A stretch of DNA of 64,000 nucleotides from assembly GCA_000004985.1 (NCBI GenBank), contig GG738890.1; one strand, written 5' to 3'. Positions 1-10,556 of the stretch are shown piece by piece. The stretch is from Naegleria gruberi (lineage: Eukaryota). The translations under genes were made by a program, and so were the position numbers. Each line of letters opens with the position of its first letter. Position 1 is the first letter of the stretch. The notes under the pieces were generated by a model. It did not search any database. It was not told the origin of the DNA and saw only the letters and a program-made list of their open reading frames with translations.

Positions 1-7
1 TATAAAT

Positions 8-889
8 ATGCTGGATTGGATCCAAGAGAATGAATGGAATTGGTTTGAAAAGGACTTTCAAAAGAAGAAGGCTACATATGCACTCTATGCCATGCATGCT
101 GCTGGATTTGTGGGATGTTTCTTGTTGAAGAGATTTAATCCTGGCATGTTTAAAAGATTCTATGATAGACATGTGGCGATTAGTTTGAATAATATGTATG
201 AAAGAAGATTTCACACACTTATTTTAGGTCAATTCGCTCATACGAATGTGCTTTCTCTCCTTATTCCATTAATTTGCCTTAACAACTTTAGTGATATCAT
301 GGAGAATAACTTTTCACAAGCTTCATTACTTGCCCTATATTTTGTACTTCCAGCATTGGCCTGTATGGCCCACTCGTCACTTGGTGCTTTAATGTTGAGA
401 TATCTTGTCAGTCCTAGCAATAGAGTTTTACAATATCGCATTGCCAAAATGGGTCAGTTCAATATTATTCAAGCTTCATTCTATTCCATATTTTTTGCTC
501 CAATTGCTTTAACACTTCCTGATTTTTTGATGACACATGCTGGAATAACAAATTTGGAATTGAGTTATATATTATTTGGATTACAATTTTTATATTCAAT
601 TATTTCTAAAGGTTCTCCATTTATGGTTGCAGAATTGTTTGCTTTTTATGGATCATATTTTGCTTTAAACCATTTGATTGAAAGAGAAGGATTTCAAAGA
701 TCAAGAATTGTAGAGTTGGAGAAGGGATTTCGTTATTATTTGGGAGAGAGGGTAAATATCAAGAATAATGGAATGGCTATCTTTATTCCAGATAATAGAG
801 AAACACTTGAATTGGCATATTATAAGAATGATAAGAAGGAAAAAGTGATCAAAACAAAGACACTTCTCGGAAAGGATTATACTGAATAA
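8..889 (+). CDS. Hypothetical multi-pass membrane protein; ORF may continue upstream of the window edge
   Basis: 293-aa ORF that is open to position 2. It has several hydrophobic segments and an AHxxGxxxG-like motif (HAAGFVGCF) near the N-terminus, reminiscent of rhomboid TM6. I did not recognise any diagnostic family motif. Confidence 0.4.
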   Translation: MLDWIQENEWNWFEKDFQKKKATYALYAMHAAGFVGCFLLKRFNPGMFKRFYDRHVAISLNNMYERRFHTLILGQFAHTNVLSLLIPLICLNNFSDIMENNFSQASLLALYFVLPALACMAHSSLGALMLRYLVSPSNRVLQYRIAKMGQFNIIQASFYSIFFAPIALTLPDFLMTHAGITNLELSYILFGLQFLYSIISKGSPFMVAELFAFYGSYFALNHLIEREGFQRSRIVELEKGFRYYLGERVNIKNNGMAIFIPDNRETLELAYYKNDKKEKVIKTKTLLGKDYTE

Positions 890-1358
890 TATTTTCAAAC
901 CAAGTACAGTCTATTCATTACCCTTTGCAAACCATTCAGGAATGGAATCAATATTGTAATAACATTTCCATTTGAATTAATTACTTAATCAGATATCCTG
1001 AATATATTTCTTTTCATGGAACTCAAATGATGCAGTAGAATGTGAGAATTTTAATTATCTTTGGAATTTCTTTTAACCTTTATTCGTAACTTTTGTTCTC
1101 AGACCATTTCTGTTGTGGGTGTCTTCTTGGCGAATAGCTTGGTTCATTTCAAGATTTAGTCCAACAGAACTTGCTTGTTTTTTTTGCTAAATCTTGAGCA
1201 TAACCGCCTTAGTTAAAATTATTCCGCCAAATATTTATTCAAACAATTCTTTGAATAATCCTTGAAGACTCTCTGAAGATGATGTTTAATAATTGAATCC
1301 AGAGAATTAGGTTATTCTAATTATCCCCATTCTCTTCTTAATTATTTCATAATACTGT

Positions 1359-2475
1359 TTAAATTGTAAAATTGAATGAAAGGTCAGCATAGCTTATATT
1401 TTGCAACATGACCCTCTGATATTTGCAACTTGCAGCACCAAATAAAAGTTCCCATACGAAATCTAATTCTTCCAATGTTGAGGGAAGATAGAATACCGTT
1501 GCTCTTCTTCCACATCTTCCAGATCGTCCGCTTCTCATTCGACTGAGCGCCTTATCGCAAATCACATCAAAATGCACAACCAATCGGCAAAGTGGCATGT
1601 CAATTCCAAACCAATCCTCATGAGTTCCAATCATTAATTGTGAAAATTGGTTTTCCAAATTGAGGAGTTAGCTCAATGGATGGATATACTGATTCCTTTA
1701 GAATTTTGTAATATTGTTCTGCTCTTGTGTATGTGTTGCAGAATAGGAGAGCAGGCTCAAATTCATACTCATAATTTTGAAAGAATGATTCTCTTAATAG
1801 GCTTAGTTTCTGCTCTTCTTTTGGACAATAGACAAAACGTTCTATAATGCTCTCGCTCAATTCTTCGAAATCGCTATCACAATAACTGTTGCATGTTGTA
1901 ATGAGTGAATCCTTCAAGTGCTCATCGTGCATGTAGCATTCAATGGGCAACGTTCTTGTACCAGTGCATAAAATTTCACATTCCTTTGGGAGTTGACTAA
2001 ATATTCTCTTGATACATCTTCTTGATTCAGTTCCAATTTCCAACATGAAATTCATTTCGTCAATAGCAAGAATTTCCAATTCACTAACATTTATACCATT
2101 CTTGATTGCCTTTTGTGGTGTGGTAATTAAAATTCTTAGATTTTCAGTAACTTCATTCGAAATTCTCGAATGATCAATAAAATCAGCTATGGCATTCATT
2201 GTTCTATGTATTTGATATTCCAAATAATCGGTTGGAACAAGAACTAAACCTTGCAATTTACCATCATTCTTTGTAAAATCCACTTCTTTCAATACTTTAA
2301 TAATTAATCCAACAGTCTTTCCTGCTCCGGCAATCCATTGAACAATTTTGGAAGATTTCACATCTTCTGATTGTGGATTCAATATTACTTTCTGTACGAT
2401 TAGCATGTTCTCCAAGCCGTAGGTATAAATTCCTCGTAATAGATTATCTGTCAAGTTACAATCATCAAATAACAT
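1359..2475 (-). CDS. eIF4A-like DEAD-box helicase paralogue with degenerate catalytic motifs, split across two overlapping frames (1618..2475 and 1359..1658)
   Basis: N-terminus FDDCNLTDNLLRGIYTYGLEN matches the eIF4A Q-motif region. The catalytic motifs are altered: Walker A is AGAGKT, DEAD is DEMN, SAT is TGT, and motif VI is SRMRSGRSGRCGRRA in the second ORF. The two ORFs overlap by 41 nt and no GT..AG intron is visible there. Confidence 0.6.
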
Positions 2476-2650
2476 TTTTTTTTTAAAATTAAAACTTAAT
2501 TTGCCTTGTTTGGTGCATTTTGAAATGTAAAAATGTTTCAGTGAAAAATAGTGATAACATTTGAATTAAACTATTAGATGTACATCTTGCAATACGTATT
2601 TTGAAAATAGTGAGATAATATTTGACATGTACATTTAGAATTTTACAAAA

Positions 2651-3334
2651 TTACTTCTTGTAATATTTAGCAACTTGTTCAGGAGTTGCCTTTTCCAAAA
2701 ACCACCAACTAATAGCATATAATATTCCAGTAGAACGAACAATTTCCTCATCCATCATAAACTCCTTTGCTTTTGCAAGTGGCAACTCTATTACATCAAT
2801 CATTTCACCTTCAGATTCCAAACCTCCTCCTTCACTAACCTTCTTTGAAATCAATCCAGGATCAGTCGATTCACTCAATTCCTCCATCACTTCCACATAA
2901 AACAAATGTTGAATTGCATTATTCTTTGCAGCTCCAGAATAATAATTAGTGATTGGTTCAATCGCCTTCAATGGTACTTGATATCCACATTCTTCCAAAA
3001 TCTCAGCTTGCATTGTTTCAACTGGTGATTTGCCATCCTTATCCAACAAACCAGCACATAATTCAAAACTCATCTTGGCTTTTAAATTTGTTTTTTCCTC
3101 TTCAGTTTTAGCCTCCATTAATTGTCGAACGAATACAGGTGGTCGGAATTGTTTTACCAACAAGAAACATTCCCTCTCTCTATGATACAACAAGGCTGCA
3201 ACAGAATCCTTCGTGATGGCCATATCCCACGATTTAGAAACTCCATTCTGTGAGTAGTAAATTCTCTGTAGGGAAATCCATTTGGATCCTGCTCCGAGAT
3301 TGGTATCAATGTGATAGTCGGTTATATTGTCCAT
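2651..3334 (-). CDS. Nudix hydrolase, NUDT14-like (UDP-sugar pyrophosphatase family)
   Basis: Nudix box ELCAGLLDKDGKSPVETMQAEILEECGY. The order of blocks is the same as in NUDT14: QNGxxKSWD, LLVKQFRPPV, GGGLxxEGEMIDVIELPL, GILYAISWWF. Confidence 0.8.
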   Translation of the reverse strand: MDNITDYHIDTNLGAGSKWISLQRIYYSQNGVSKSWDMAITKDSVAALLYHRERECFLLVKQFRPPVFVRQLMEAKTEEEKTNLKAKMSFELCAGLLDKDGKSPVETMQAEILEECGYQVPLKAIEPITNYYSGAAKNNAIQHLFYVEVMEELSESTDPGLISKKVSEGGGLESEGEMIDVIELPLAKAKEFMMDEEIVRSTGILYAISWWFLEKATPEQVAKYYKK

Positions 3335-3540
3335 TGCTATACTAGTGAGAGGTGTTGGTGTTGTAAGTGAGGATGATGAAATTTCTCTTTCTGTTGAGTT
3401 TGAATATTTTTTTTAATTTTTTTCCAATTTTAATTATAAATTGTCTTGTTTTGTCCTTGTCAAGAATTTGCCAAATAAAATCTTCAATTAATCATACTTT
3501 AAAATAATGGAAACTTTCTCAATCATCGAGCTCACCTAAA

Positions 3541-5079
3541 TCACAAATGAAATAGGAGTAAGTCTCGTGGATCACTGATTAATTGTTTGTCTAATACATT
3601 GTAATGTGGTGCAATATCCAATAATTGTCTGAGTATAGATCTTAATAGAGGTCTACATTGAGAGACGGAGTCTTTTTCTTCCTTTGACTGACATCTGTAG
3701 TTCATTGATTCCCAAGATATTTGATCTTCTCCTACATAGATTCTCCATAATTTTAAATAGTCGAATATGGGATCTTGGGTATTAATGCGGAATAATGCAT
3801 CACTTTCATATCCATCATGACCATAGTAGAATTGTTGCTGAACAAATAGCTTTGCCTTGGCACTAGATTTCTTGTAAGTAATGTCAAAAGTCAAGTCGAC
3901 ACAAAGTCTGGGCTTTCGTTTGAAATTAATAGTGAGAATTCTTCCAATTACGTTCGATACTGATATCTCAGAATCCTTCTTCTGGATTTGTTGGCTCTTA
4001 ATGGATGTGAATGCACGACATGCTACTTTCCAAGCCAAATCCAATACTCTAGTTTCCTTAATATTTTCCAAATCATACAAGTCAATTAAATAGTTAGATC
4101 TCTCATCATGAATTTCGATATCCCTATTAAATTCAACATCTACAATTGGTTTTGGGTTTTCCTTTTCTCTTTCATCCTCATATTCGCTCCATAGAAATGA
4201 ATTGAATGGTGATAGTTTGTGCTTTTGTTTGGGAGTTTTCAGTTCTTCATATAAAGAATCATAAAACTTGTCATTGATTTGATATTCCTCAATTTCACAA
4301 TCAGCATCTTCAAATCCTTTGGCATTCACTTGTAACACTATATTCCTTTTAACATTTGGATCAATGTTCAACCTTTCTTTCCATTTAAAATCACTATGAC
4401 CTTTCACCACATCTACATAAATAATTATATCTTCATTGATTGAGTAGAGAGCACTCATTTTCAAAGTAGCTTGCTCATTCAAATAGATCATTAACACTAC
4501 CAACTCTTCCCCTTCTCTAAACAATTTCTCCATCTTTGTAATTCTAATCTTGGGATAGGTGGTTGAACTTATGTTTTCAGATAATAATCTAGTCAACCAC
4601 TCACTAAATGATTTTTTTCTCTTATTCTTTCCAAACCCGGAAATTACATATTGCCGAGCAAAAAGCCAATGTTTGACACTAACTAATAATCCAATCATAT
4701 TTCTTTCCTTTTCCTTCTTGCTTGAAATTTCATTCGAATTGGAAATTAAATTAAATTCCTGAACCAAATAATTCTCCACTCTATTAATTAATGCAAATCG
4801 AAAATCACCCAACAACAAACTTTCATACCACTGATGACTCACCAATTGCAAACAATGTTTTTGAATTTCATCAAATGGAAGAAAAGAATAAATCAACCCG
4901 ATCACATCATTAGAAAGAAGCAATTTTTCCCTTCCTATCCGATTATTAACATCCTCGTCGTGAGAAGAGTATTTGGCTAACTTATTGTTTGTGGGTGAAT
5001 CACTCGTTTCCTCTTGTATTGCTCGTTTCATTTTTTTTTGTAAAAAATCAGGCGGCAAAATCAACCAATAATATTTCAT
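3541..5079 (-). CDS. F-box-like domain protein (hypothetical)
   Basis: 512-aa ORF with an ATG start. An F-box-like segment is present (LIYSFLPFDEIQKHCLQLVSHQWYESLL); the rest is low-complexity and Lys/Glu-rich. Confidence 0.45.
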   Translation of the reverse strand: MKYYWLILPPDFLQKKMKRAIQEETSDSPTNNKLAKYSSHDEDVNNRIGREKLLLSNDVIGLIYSFLPFDEIQKHCLQLVSHQWYESLLLGDFRFALINRVENYLVQEFNLISNSNEISSKKEKERNMIGLLVSVKHWLFARQYVISGFGKNKRKKSFSEWLTRLLSENISSTTYPKIRITKMEKLFREGEELVVLMIYLNEQATLKMSALYSINEDIIIYVDVVKGHSDFKWKERLNIDPNVKRNIVLQVNAKGFEDADCEIEEYQINDKFYDSLYEELKTPKQKHKLSPFNSFLWSEYEDEREKENPKPIVDVEFNRDIEIHDERSNYLIDLYDLENIKETRVLDLAWKVACRAFTSIKSQQIQKKDSEISVSNVIGRILTINFKRKPRLCVDLTFDITYKKSSAKAKLFVQQQFYYGHDGYESDALFRINTQDPIFDYLKLWRIYVGEDQISWESMNYRCQSKEEKDSVSQCRPLLRSILRQLLDIAPHYNVLDKQLISDPRDLLLFHL

Positions 5080-5228
5080 TAAGGTACACTGTGCATTATC
5101 TCAATGATCGACCTAATATTTAAATTGTAATCTCTAAATAAGGAACGGGATCGTGAAGCGAACTATTTGCTCTTCTCATCATTTTACCATCCTTAAAAAA
5201 AAATTCCAACTATTGAGGGCGCAATAAA

Positions 5229-6536
5229 ATGATCCGAAGCGGTTTTTTAATAATCATGATTGTTATCCTGATGATGATAATGATAAATAATCATTATTAT
5301 TGTGAGGCAAGCGGAGTGAAGTTAAGGGCTATGGGACCTGATTCTAAAACTCGAATGAGAGAACAAATTAACAAGATGGAGAATATTTGCTTATTGACTT
5401 TGAGTGGTTTGGATTGTCCTGGAAAGGGTCTCGATGTGAATTACAAGACTTCATTGATGAGAGGAGCTATGGAAGACATGCCAATCATTGCAGGAGTTGG
5501 TTACAATAGAGTAGATAAGAGTATTAATCCTCCAATTCTCAAATCTCCAAGGGCAACACCTGTGAATGAACAAAAGACACTCACTCGTACCATAAACGGA
5601 GCTACTGATTATTTCAATATGTTATATCCAAGTGATGGAAGTGAAATATTCAATGGTCTCTACAGTCATGGAACAACTGCTACCGACATGATTTTTAAAA
5701 AGTATTTTGAAGGAGATTTGAGAGGGTACAATATCCAGAAACAATACTATACTCACTCTGTTCAAATAACAAATATTGAAGTCACTGACGAATTTAAAAA
5801 GATTATTGACATTCTTCCAGATCAAATGGATGAAGATTTGTACAATATGGTCATTTCATCATTCGGTGATTCTATTGCTACTAAGGTAACCTATGGAGGA
5901 GTTGTTGATCTGACCACATCAGTTCGATCATGTTATAGTAGTCCAAGTATGGAACAATACTTGGACATTCAATTGCAAGTAACTATTGGTATTAACACTG
6001 ATACCAGTAAGTTACCAAATGGATACATGAGATATCAAAGAGTTGGTTCATTGGATATTATTGGTGGTAATCCACAAATTAGCTCCATCAGTCAAAGAGT
6101 TCAAACTTTTGCTAATAATCCAGTACCAGTGAAATTTGAAACCATTCCAATCTGGAGAGCTTTCCCTAATGGGCCAAAACAAGAAAATATGAAAAAGATT
6201 TACAACAAGTTTGTTTCCTCCAATTCCATGAGTGTCGCTCAAATGGTTGCACAAGTTGAGGCCAAGAGACAAGCTGATAAATTAGCTCCTCAACCATTCT
6301 ATGCTTTCAAAGTTAACAAGGTAAATCAAATGATTGAAAAGTTGGGAAGTGGTAATCCAGCCTTTGTTGCAGCTGGTGGTCGTGCAGAATTCACAGAAGA
6401 ATACCTTATTCTAACAAAGAAATTGACACATCGTGTCTTTAAAGCAACTGTTGAAAGAAATGCAGATGGATCTTTTTATATTCACTTTATTCGTGTCAAG
6501 TGTGATAGAGATAAGAATTGTGTTGAACATCTTTAA
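5229..6536 (+). CDS. Secreted protein with MACPF-like signature (putative pore-forming/perforin-like)
   Basis: N-terminal hydrophobic signal peptide (MIRSGFLIIMIVILMMIMI). A MACPF-like block is present (...ITNIEVTDEFKKIIDILP...FGDSIATKVTYGGVVDL), resembling Y/W-G-T/S-H-F/Y-x6-GG. A Cys-rich ORF follows in another frame at 6433..6708. Confidence 0.45.
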   Translation: MIRSGFLIIMIVILMMIMINNHYYCEASGVKLRAMGPDSKTRMREQINKMENICLLTLSGLDCPGKGLDVNYKTSLMRGAMEDMPIIAGVGYNRVDKSINPPILKSPRATPVNEQKTLTRTINGATDYFNMLYPSDGSEIFNGLYSHGTTATDMIFKKYFEGDLRGYNIQKQYYTHSVQITNIEVTDEFKKIIDILPDQMDEDLYNMVISSFGDSIATKVTYGGVVDLTTSVRSCYSSPSMEQYLDIQLQVTIGINTDTSKLPNGYMRYQRVGSLDIIGGNPQISSISQRVQTFANNPVPVKFETIPIWRAFPNGPKQENMKKIYNKFVSSNSMSVAQMVAQVEAKRQADKLAPQPFYAFKVNKVNQMIEKLGSGNPAFVAAGGRAEFTEEYLILTKKLTHRVFKATVERNADGSFYIHFIRVKCDRDKNCVEHL

Positions 6537-6850
6537 AGATCCAGAAGATGAAGACGATTTCGTTTCAACCACCGGAAAGGACACTTGTATTTTCCATCGT
6601 TTGGCAGGTAATTATAATGTTGGAGGTGTTTATCTATGTGGTGGATGTATGCCTTCCTTCTCTTCTGATTTTAAGAGTTTGAGTTGCACTTGTCCATATC
6701 TTGTATAATCCAATTTAACAATTAAATAAATATTGTTAATAAGGATCAAATTGTTAAGTTTATTAAAAACTTGTAAGAACCAAGTATCTCAGTGACTTGA
6801 AAAATAACCATAATTAAGCAATAGAGTTATCAATAATTTATTTACAAAAT

Positions 6851-8164
6851 TTACTTTTGGTTTGGATTAAAGTGCTTTTGAATGTTAATCCAACACTTAT
6901 AATAATCCTTATCAATATTCATTTCATTCATGGCATATTCTGTTGGATTGATAATGTAGGTAGATTCGAACATGAAGGCCATACTTCCTTCAGAGACACG
7001 TTCTGGTTTCAATTCAGCATTGGATGCCTTTTCAAAGACCTTTTCTTCAGGGCCATGAGGAACCATACAATTGTGAAGAGAACCACCTCCCATAACGAAA
7101 CCTTCTTCTTTAGCTTCATAAACTCCTTCAATTAAACCCATATATTCATTCATGGTATTTCTGTGATAGTATGGTGGACGGAATGAGTGTTCTTGAACTG
7201 ACCATCTATCCTTAAAGATGACAAAGTCCAAAACAGCAACACCCTTCTCAGCTGATTGACAGGTCAAAACTGTGAAAATGGATGGATCCAAGTGGTCATA
7301 TGATACAGAGTTGACAACATTGAATAAATTCAAGTCATATTTGTATGGAGCATAATTTCCGTGCCAAGCAACAACATCAAATGGTGAATAGGTACATTTA
7401 GCAGAAAAGTATTGGTTTTGGAACTTTTGAATAATTTCATATTCAACACCTTGGTCACGATCTTCATAACAAGCAATTGGATAGAGGAAATCTCTTGGGT
7501 TGGCCAAACCATTAGCACCAATTGGTCCCAAATCTGGAATAACAAAGTGTCCAGCATAAACTTCAGACATGTAACCTCTGGCAAAAGTACATGAGCTATC
7601 AGCAAAGTCAACTGTGAATTTAATACCACGTGGAATGACACAAATTTCCTTTGGCTTAACTCTCAATTTACCACATTCAGTAGTAATTAACAATTCTCCC
7701 TTTTCTGGAACAAACAAAAAGTCACCATCTGAATTACACATACAACGATCACCCATTGACTTGGTGAATTGATATTGCAAAATTGAAAATCCAGTTTTCA
7801 ATTGTGGACTTCCCGAACCAGCAACAACTCTCAAACCATCAACAAAATCAATTCCTTCTTCAACTTTCTTTGGTGGCATCCAACGAATTTGTTGTGGTGT
7901 CACTAAACGTCCCAAATCAATCTTGACTGAATTGAGTGGTGAAAATTGTTCATTTCCTTCATAATTTGTAAATGGAAAATGTACAACAGAAGGTCTAATT
8001 CTATAAAACCAAACACGTTGATTACAACTACGTGGTGCAGTAAATGCTGTACCTTGTAATTGTTCAGCATAGAGTCCGTATGGACACTTTTGTGGAGTAT
8101 TCTGTCCTAATGGAAGAGCACCTTCTAATGCTTCGGTACTGAAGGTATTTCCCCAACCACACAT
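6851..8164 (-). CDS. hgd: Homogentisate 1,2-dioxygenase
   Basis: Full-length colinear similarity to HGD: GWGNTFSTEALEGALPLGQNTPQKCPYGLYAEQLQGTAFTAPR, DLGPIGANGLANPRDFL, VVAWHGNYAPYKYDL, FRPPYYHRNTMNEYMGLI, HGPEEKVFEKAS, KCWINIQKHFNP. Confidence 0.95.
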   Translation of the reverse strand: MCGWGNTFSTEALEGALPLGQNTPQKCPYGLYAEQLQGTAFTAPRSCNQRVWFYRIRPSVVHFPFTNYEGNEQFSPLNSVKIDLGRLVTPQQIRWMPPKKVEEGIDFVDGLRVVAGSGSPQLKTGFSILQYQFTKSMGDRCMCNSDGDFLFVPEKGELLITTECGKLRVKPKEICVIPRGIKFTVDFADSSCTFARGYMSEVYAGHFVIPDLGPIGANGLANPRDFLYPIACYEDRDQGVEYEIIQKFQNQYFSAKCTYSPFDVVAWHGNYAPYKYDLNLFNVVNSVSYDHLDPSIFTVLTCQSAEKGVAVLDFVIFKDRWSVQEHSFRPPYYHRNTMNEYMGLIEGVYEAKEEGFVMGGGSLHNCMVPHGPEEKVFEKASNAELKPERVSEGSMAFMFESTYIINPTEYAMNEMNIDKDYYKCWINIQKHFNPNQK

Positions 8165-9068
8165 GTATTCTAATCCATCTTGAATACAGGTTGTTTCCTT
8201 TTGATGAAAGGATGGAAATCTAAAGTGAGTCGATGATGATGTTGTCCTATTATATTGTTGTTCAATAAATTTGAAGTAATGTTATTATTATTGTTGTTGT
8301 TGTTAATTTGAATATTATTATAATAATAATATGAATGATATTTTGATGTAATTTTAGAGAGGATAATAATATCAATATATTGTTGAATAGTAATAGCAAT
8401 ATCATGATGATGATGAAGAGTTTGATATGGACAAAATTTCATCATTATAAAAACAGTAAGATTTTTCATTCATCACACGGAGTAAATTTTGTTAATTATC
8501 ATCACACATTAATTATCATCTTCAACCTACATCTTTGGTGGTGGAGTGGGTATGTGGATTTTTTTTTGATTGTGGTTTTTTATTAGCCTTTGTACGGTTC
8601 CTAATTTGAACAATTTTTGGTGTACGATGAGGAATAGAGTTTACAAAACGATTGAACCTTCTTTCAATGCCACAACAAACAGCATTCAGTGTGGTCACTT
8701 TGGCAGTTGGTAAATACCCCAAGGAGGGTGTTTTTGATTATCGCCTTTATTGGATGGGTGGTAATCACTCAGTTGGCAAAATTCGCACTCAGACAAGAGA
8801 AATATTTCCAATCAATTGTAGTGTATAGATCGTTACACTGTTTGGCTATTGACTCCTTAATGATTGCATAACGATTTGAAAATCGAGTCGACACTCATTG
8901 ATTTCGCTCCCTCGTTCGTTGAATTGACTTTCAGAGAAAGATATGCTTGATGTCAATTCATTCAGGATGATTCTGCTTTCAAGCAATTGATCATTTTTTT
9001 TGTAATCTTTTAAATACTATATTTAATTATTTAAATAAAAACGGTTTTTATTAAAACTATAAAAAAAA
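8165..9068. promoter_or_regulatory. Divergent AT-rich intergenic region between hgd (-) and ppme1 (+)
   Basis: Very AT-rich with AAT/ATT microsatellite-like runs (8270..8420). It is flanked by two divergently oriented start codons. Confidence 0.3.
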
Positions 9069-10370
9069 ATGGAAAGAAATCTATTTAAGAGGAAGGTTAC
9101 TGAAAATCAATCATCATCATCATCTCCTTCATCACCACCAACAATGTCTCCACCTTCCCGCCCAACTTCCTTCATCCCAAAACATACATCATCATCATTC
9201 TCCGATAATAGAATTTCATCTTCAATACAACAACAAAATGATGAGGCTTTTAAACCAGAAGTTGACTATGCTAGTCATGGTTTAGAGCAACATGATGTAG
9301 CAGTGGAGGGAAGAGGAGTTTTCCGAATGTATACAATGAATCATTTGCATCATCAAAATACTAATAACGAACAATCAAACACTAATACAACAACAACAAC
9401 ATCACTTCCTGCTCACTTGATAAAAACAAGAAAATGTGAGAGTGTTTTGGTATTTATTCATGGAGCTGGGTTATCTTCCTTGTCTTGGACTTTGTGTATG
9501 CAAAATTTAAGACAATTAGTGATTAGAAGTGGAAATACTAATAATGTAAATATTAATTTTATGAGATCACCTCCTACTCCAATAGAGATGGGAATGGGAC
9601 AACCTAAATCCGCATCAGAAGCCTTTAATGTTGATGATTATGAATATTGTGCAATGGATTTGAGAGGACATGGAGCTAGTCATACGGAAAAGGATTCTGA
9701 ACTCAGTATTGATACATTGGTGGATGATATTATTGCTCTTTTACAACAAGTATATAGAGGAAAGAAGAGAAATTTCATATTGATTGGCCATTCACTTGGA
9801 GGATCAATAGCTGTACGATGTGCTCACAAAATGGACATCATAGAGGAACAGGAGACCAAGTCTGGCACTGTACAATCACACGAATTAATGACAGTGAAAG
9901 GAGTGGTTGTTATTGATATGGTTGAAGGAAGTGCACTGACAAGTCTGCCAAACACTAAGAAATTCATCGAATCTAGACCAAACAAATTCAAAAACATGGA
10001 AAGTGCCATCAAATGGTCCATTCAACATGGTGTTGTCAATAATATTTCGAGTGCTGTTATTAGTATACCTTCACAATTGATGCATGTTGAGGAGGGAAAT
10101 TATTATACTTGGAGAACTAATCTGACAGATTCGGAAGAATATTGGACAGCATGGTTTACAGACATGTCACAGATTTTCCTGGAAGTCAAAGGATTGAAAT
10201 TGCTCATGATTACATCGACTGATATTCTGGATAAAGAATTAACAATTGCCCAAATGCAAGGTAAATTCCAAATGAAAGTTCTCAACAGGTCAGGCCATTG
10301 CATTCAAGAAGATGATCCAGCCCATTGCAGTGAAGTTATCTTTTCCTTTTTGCATCGATTTAGATTGTAA
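9069..10370 (+). CDS. ppme1: Protein phosphatase methylesterase 1 (PP2A methylesterase), alpha/beta hydrolase
   Basis: HGAGLSSLSW, the lipase motif GHSLGGSIAV, and a C-terminal LDKELTIAQMQGKFQMKVLNRSGHCIQEDDP that is almost identical to PPME1 LDKDLTIGQMQGKFQMQVL..GH..HED.P. A Ser/Pro-rich low-complexity N-terminus precedes the catalytic domain. Confidence 0.9.
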   Translation: MERNLFKRKVTENQSSSSSPSSPPTMSPPSRPTSFIPKHTSSSFSDNRISSSIQQQNDEAFKPEVDYASHGLEQHDVAVEGRGVFRMYTMNHLHHQNTNNEQSNTNTTTTTSLPAHLIKTRKCESVLVFIHGAGLSSLSWTLCMQNLRQLVIRSGNTNNVNINFMRSPPTPIEMGMGQPKSASEAFNVDDYEYCAMDLRGHGASHTEKDSELSIDTLVDDIIALLQQVYRGKKRNFILIGHSLGGSIAVRCAHKMDIIEEQETKSGTVQSHELMTVKGVVVIDMVEGSALTSLPNTKKFIESRPNKFKNMESAIKWSIQHGVVNNISSAVISIPSQLMHVEEGNYYTWRTNLTDSEEYWTAWFTDMSQIFLEVKGLKLLMITSTDILDKELTIAQMQGKFQMKVLNRSGHCIQEDDPAHCSEVIFSFLHRFRL

Positions 10371-10556
10371 TTTTTAATCATCTTATTTTGATAAGTTTTA
10401 AAAAGTGAGTAAATATTATTTATTAAGATATTTGAATTGACAGAATTTGTAATTCATCATAGAATGTTTGAATTCTTGACAAAATTCGATAAGAGATTGT
10501 AGCACGTTTAAATGTGTGGGTTCTCACTAACATGTTGGCTCACGTTTTAAAAAAAA

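Noticed and set aside
8170-8469. 99-aa poly-Asn/His ORF upstream of hgd on the minus strand
   Set aside because: It is a low-complexity AT-rich microsatellite region in the hgd 5' flank. It is in a different frame from hgd and has no start context, so it is most likely non-coding promoter DNA.
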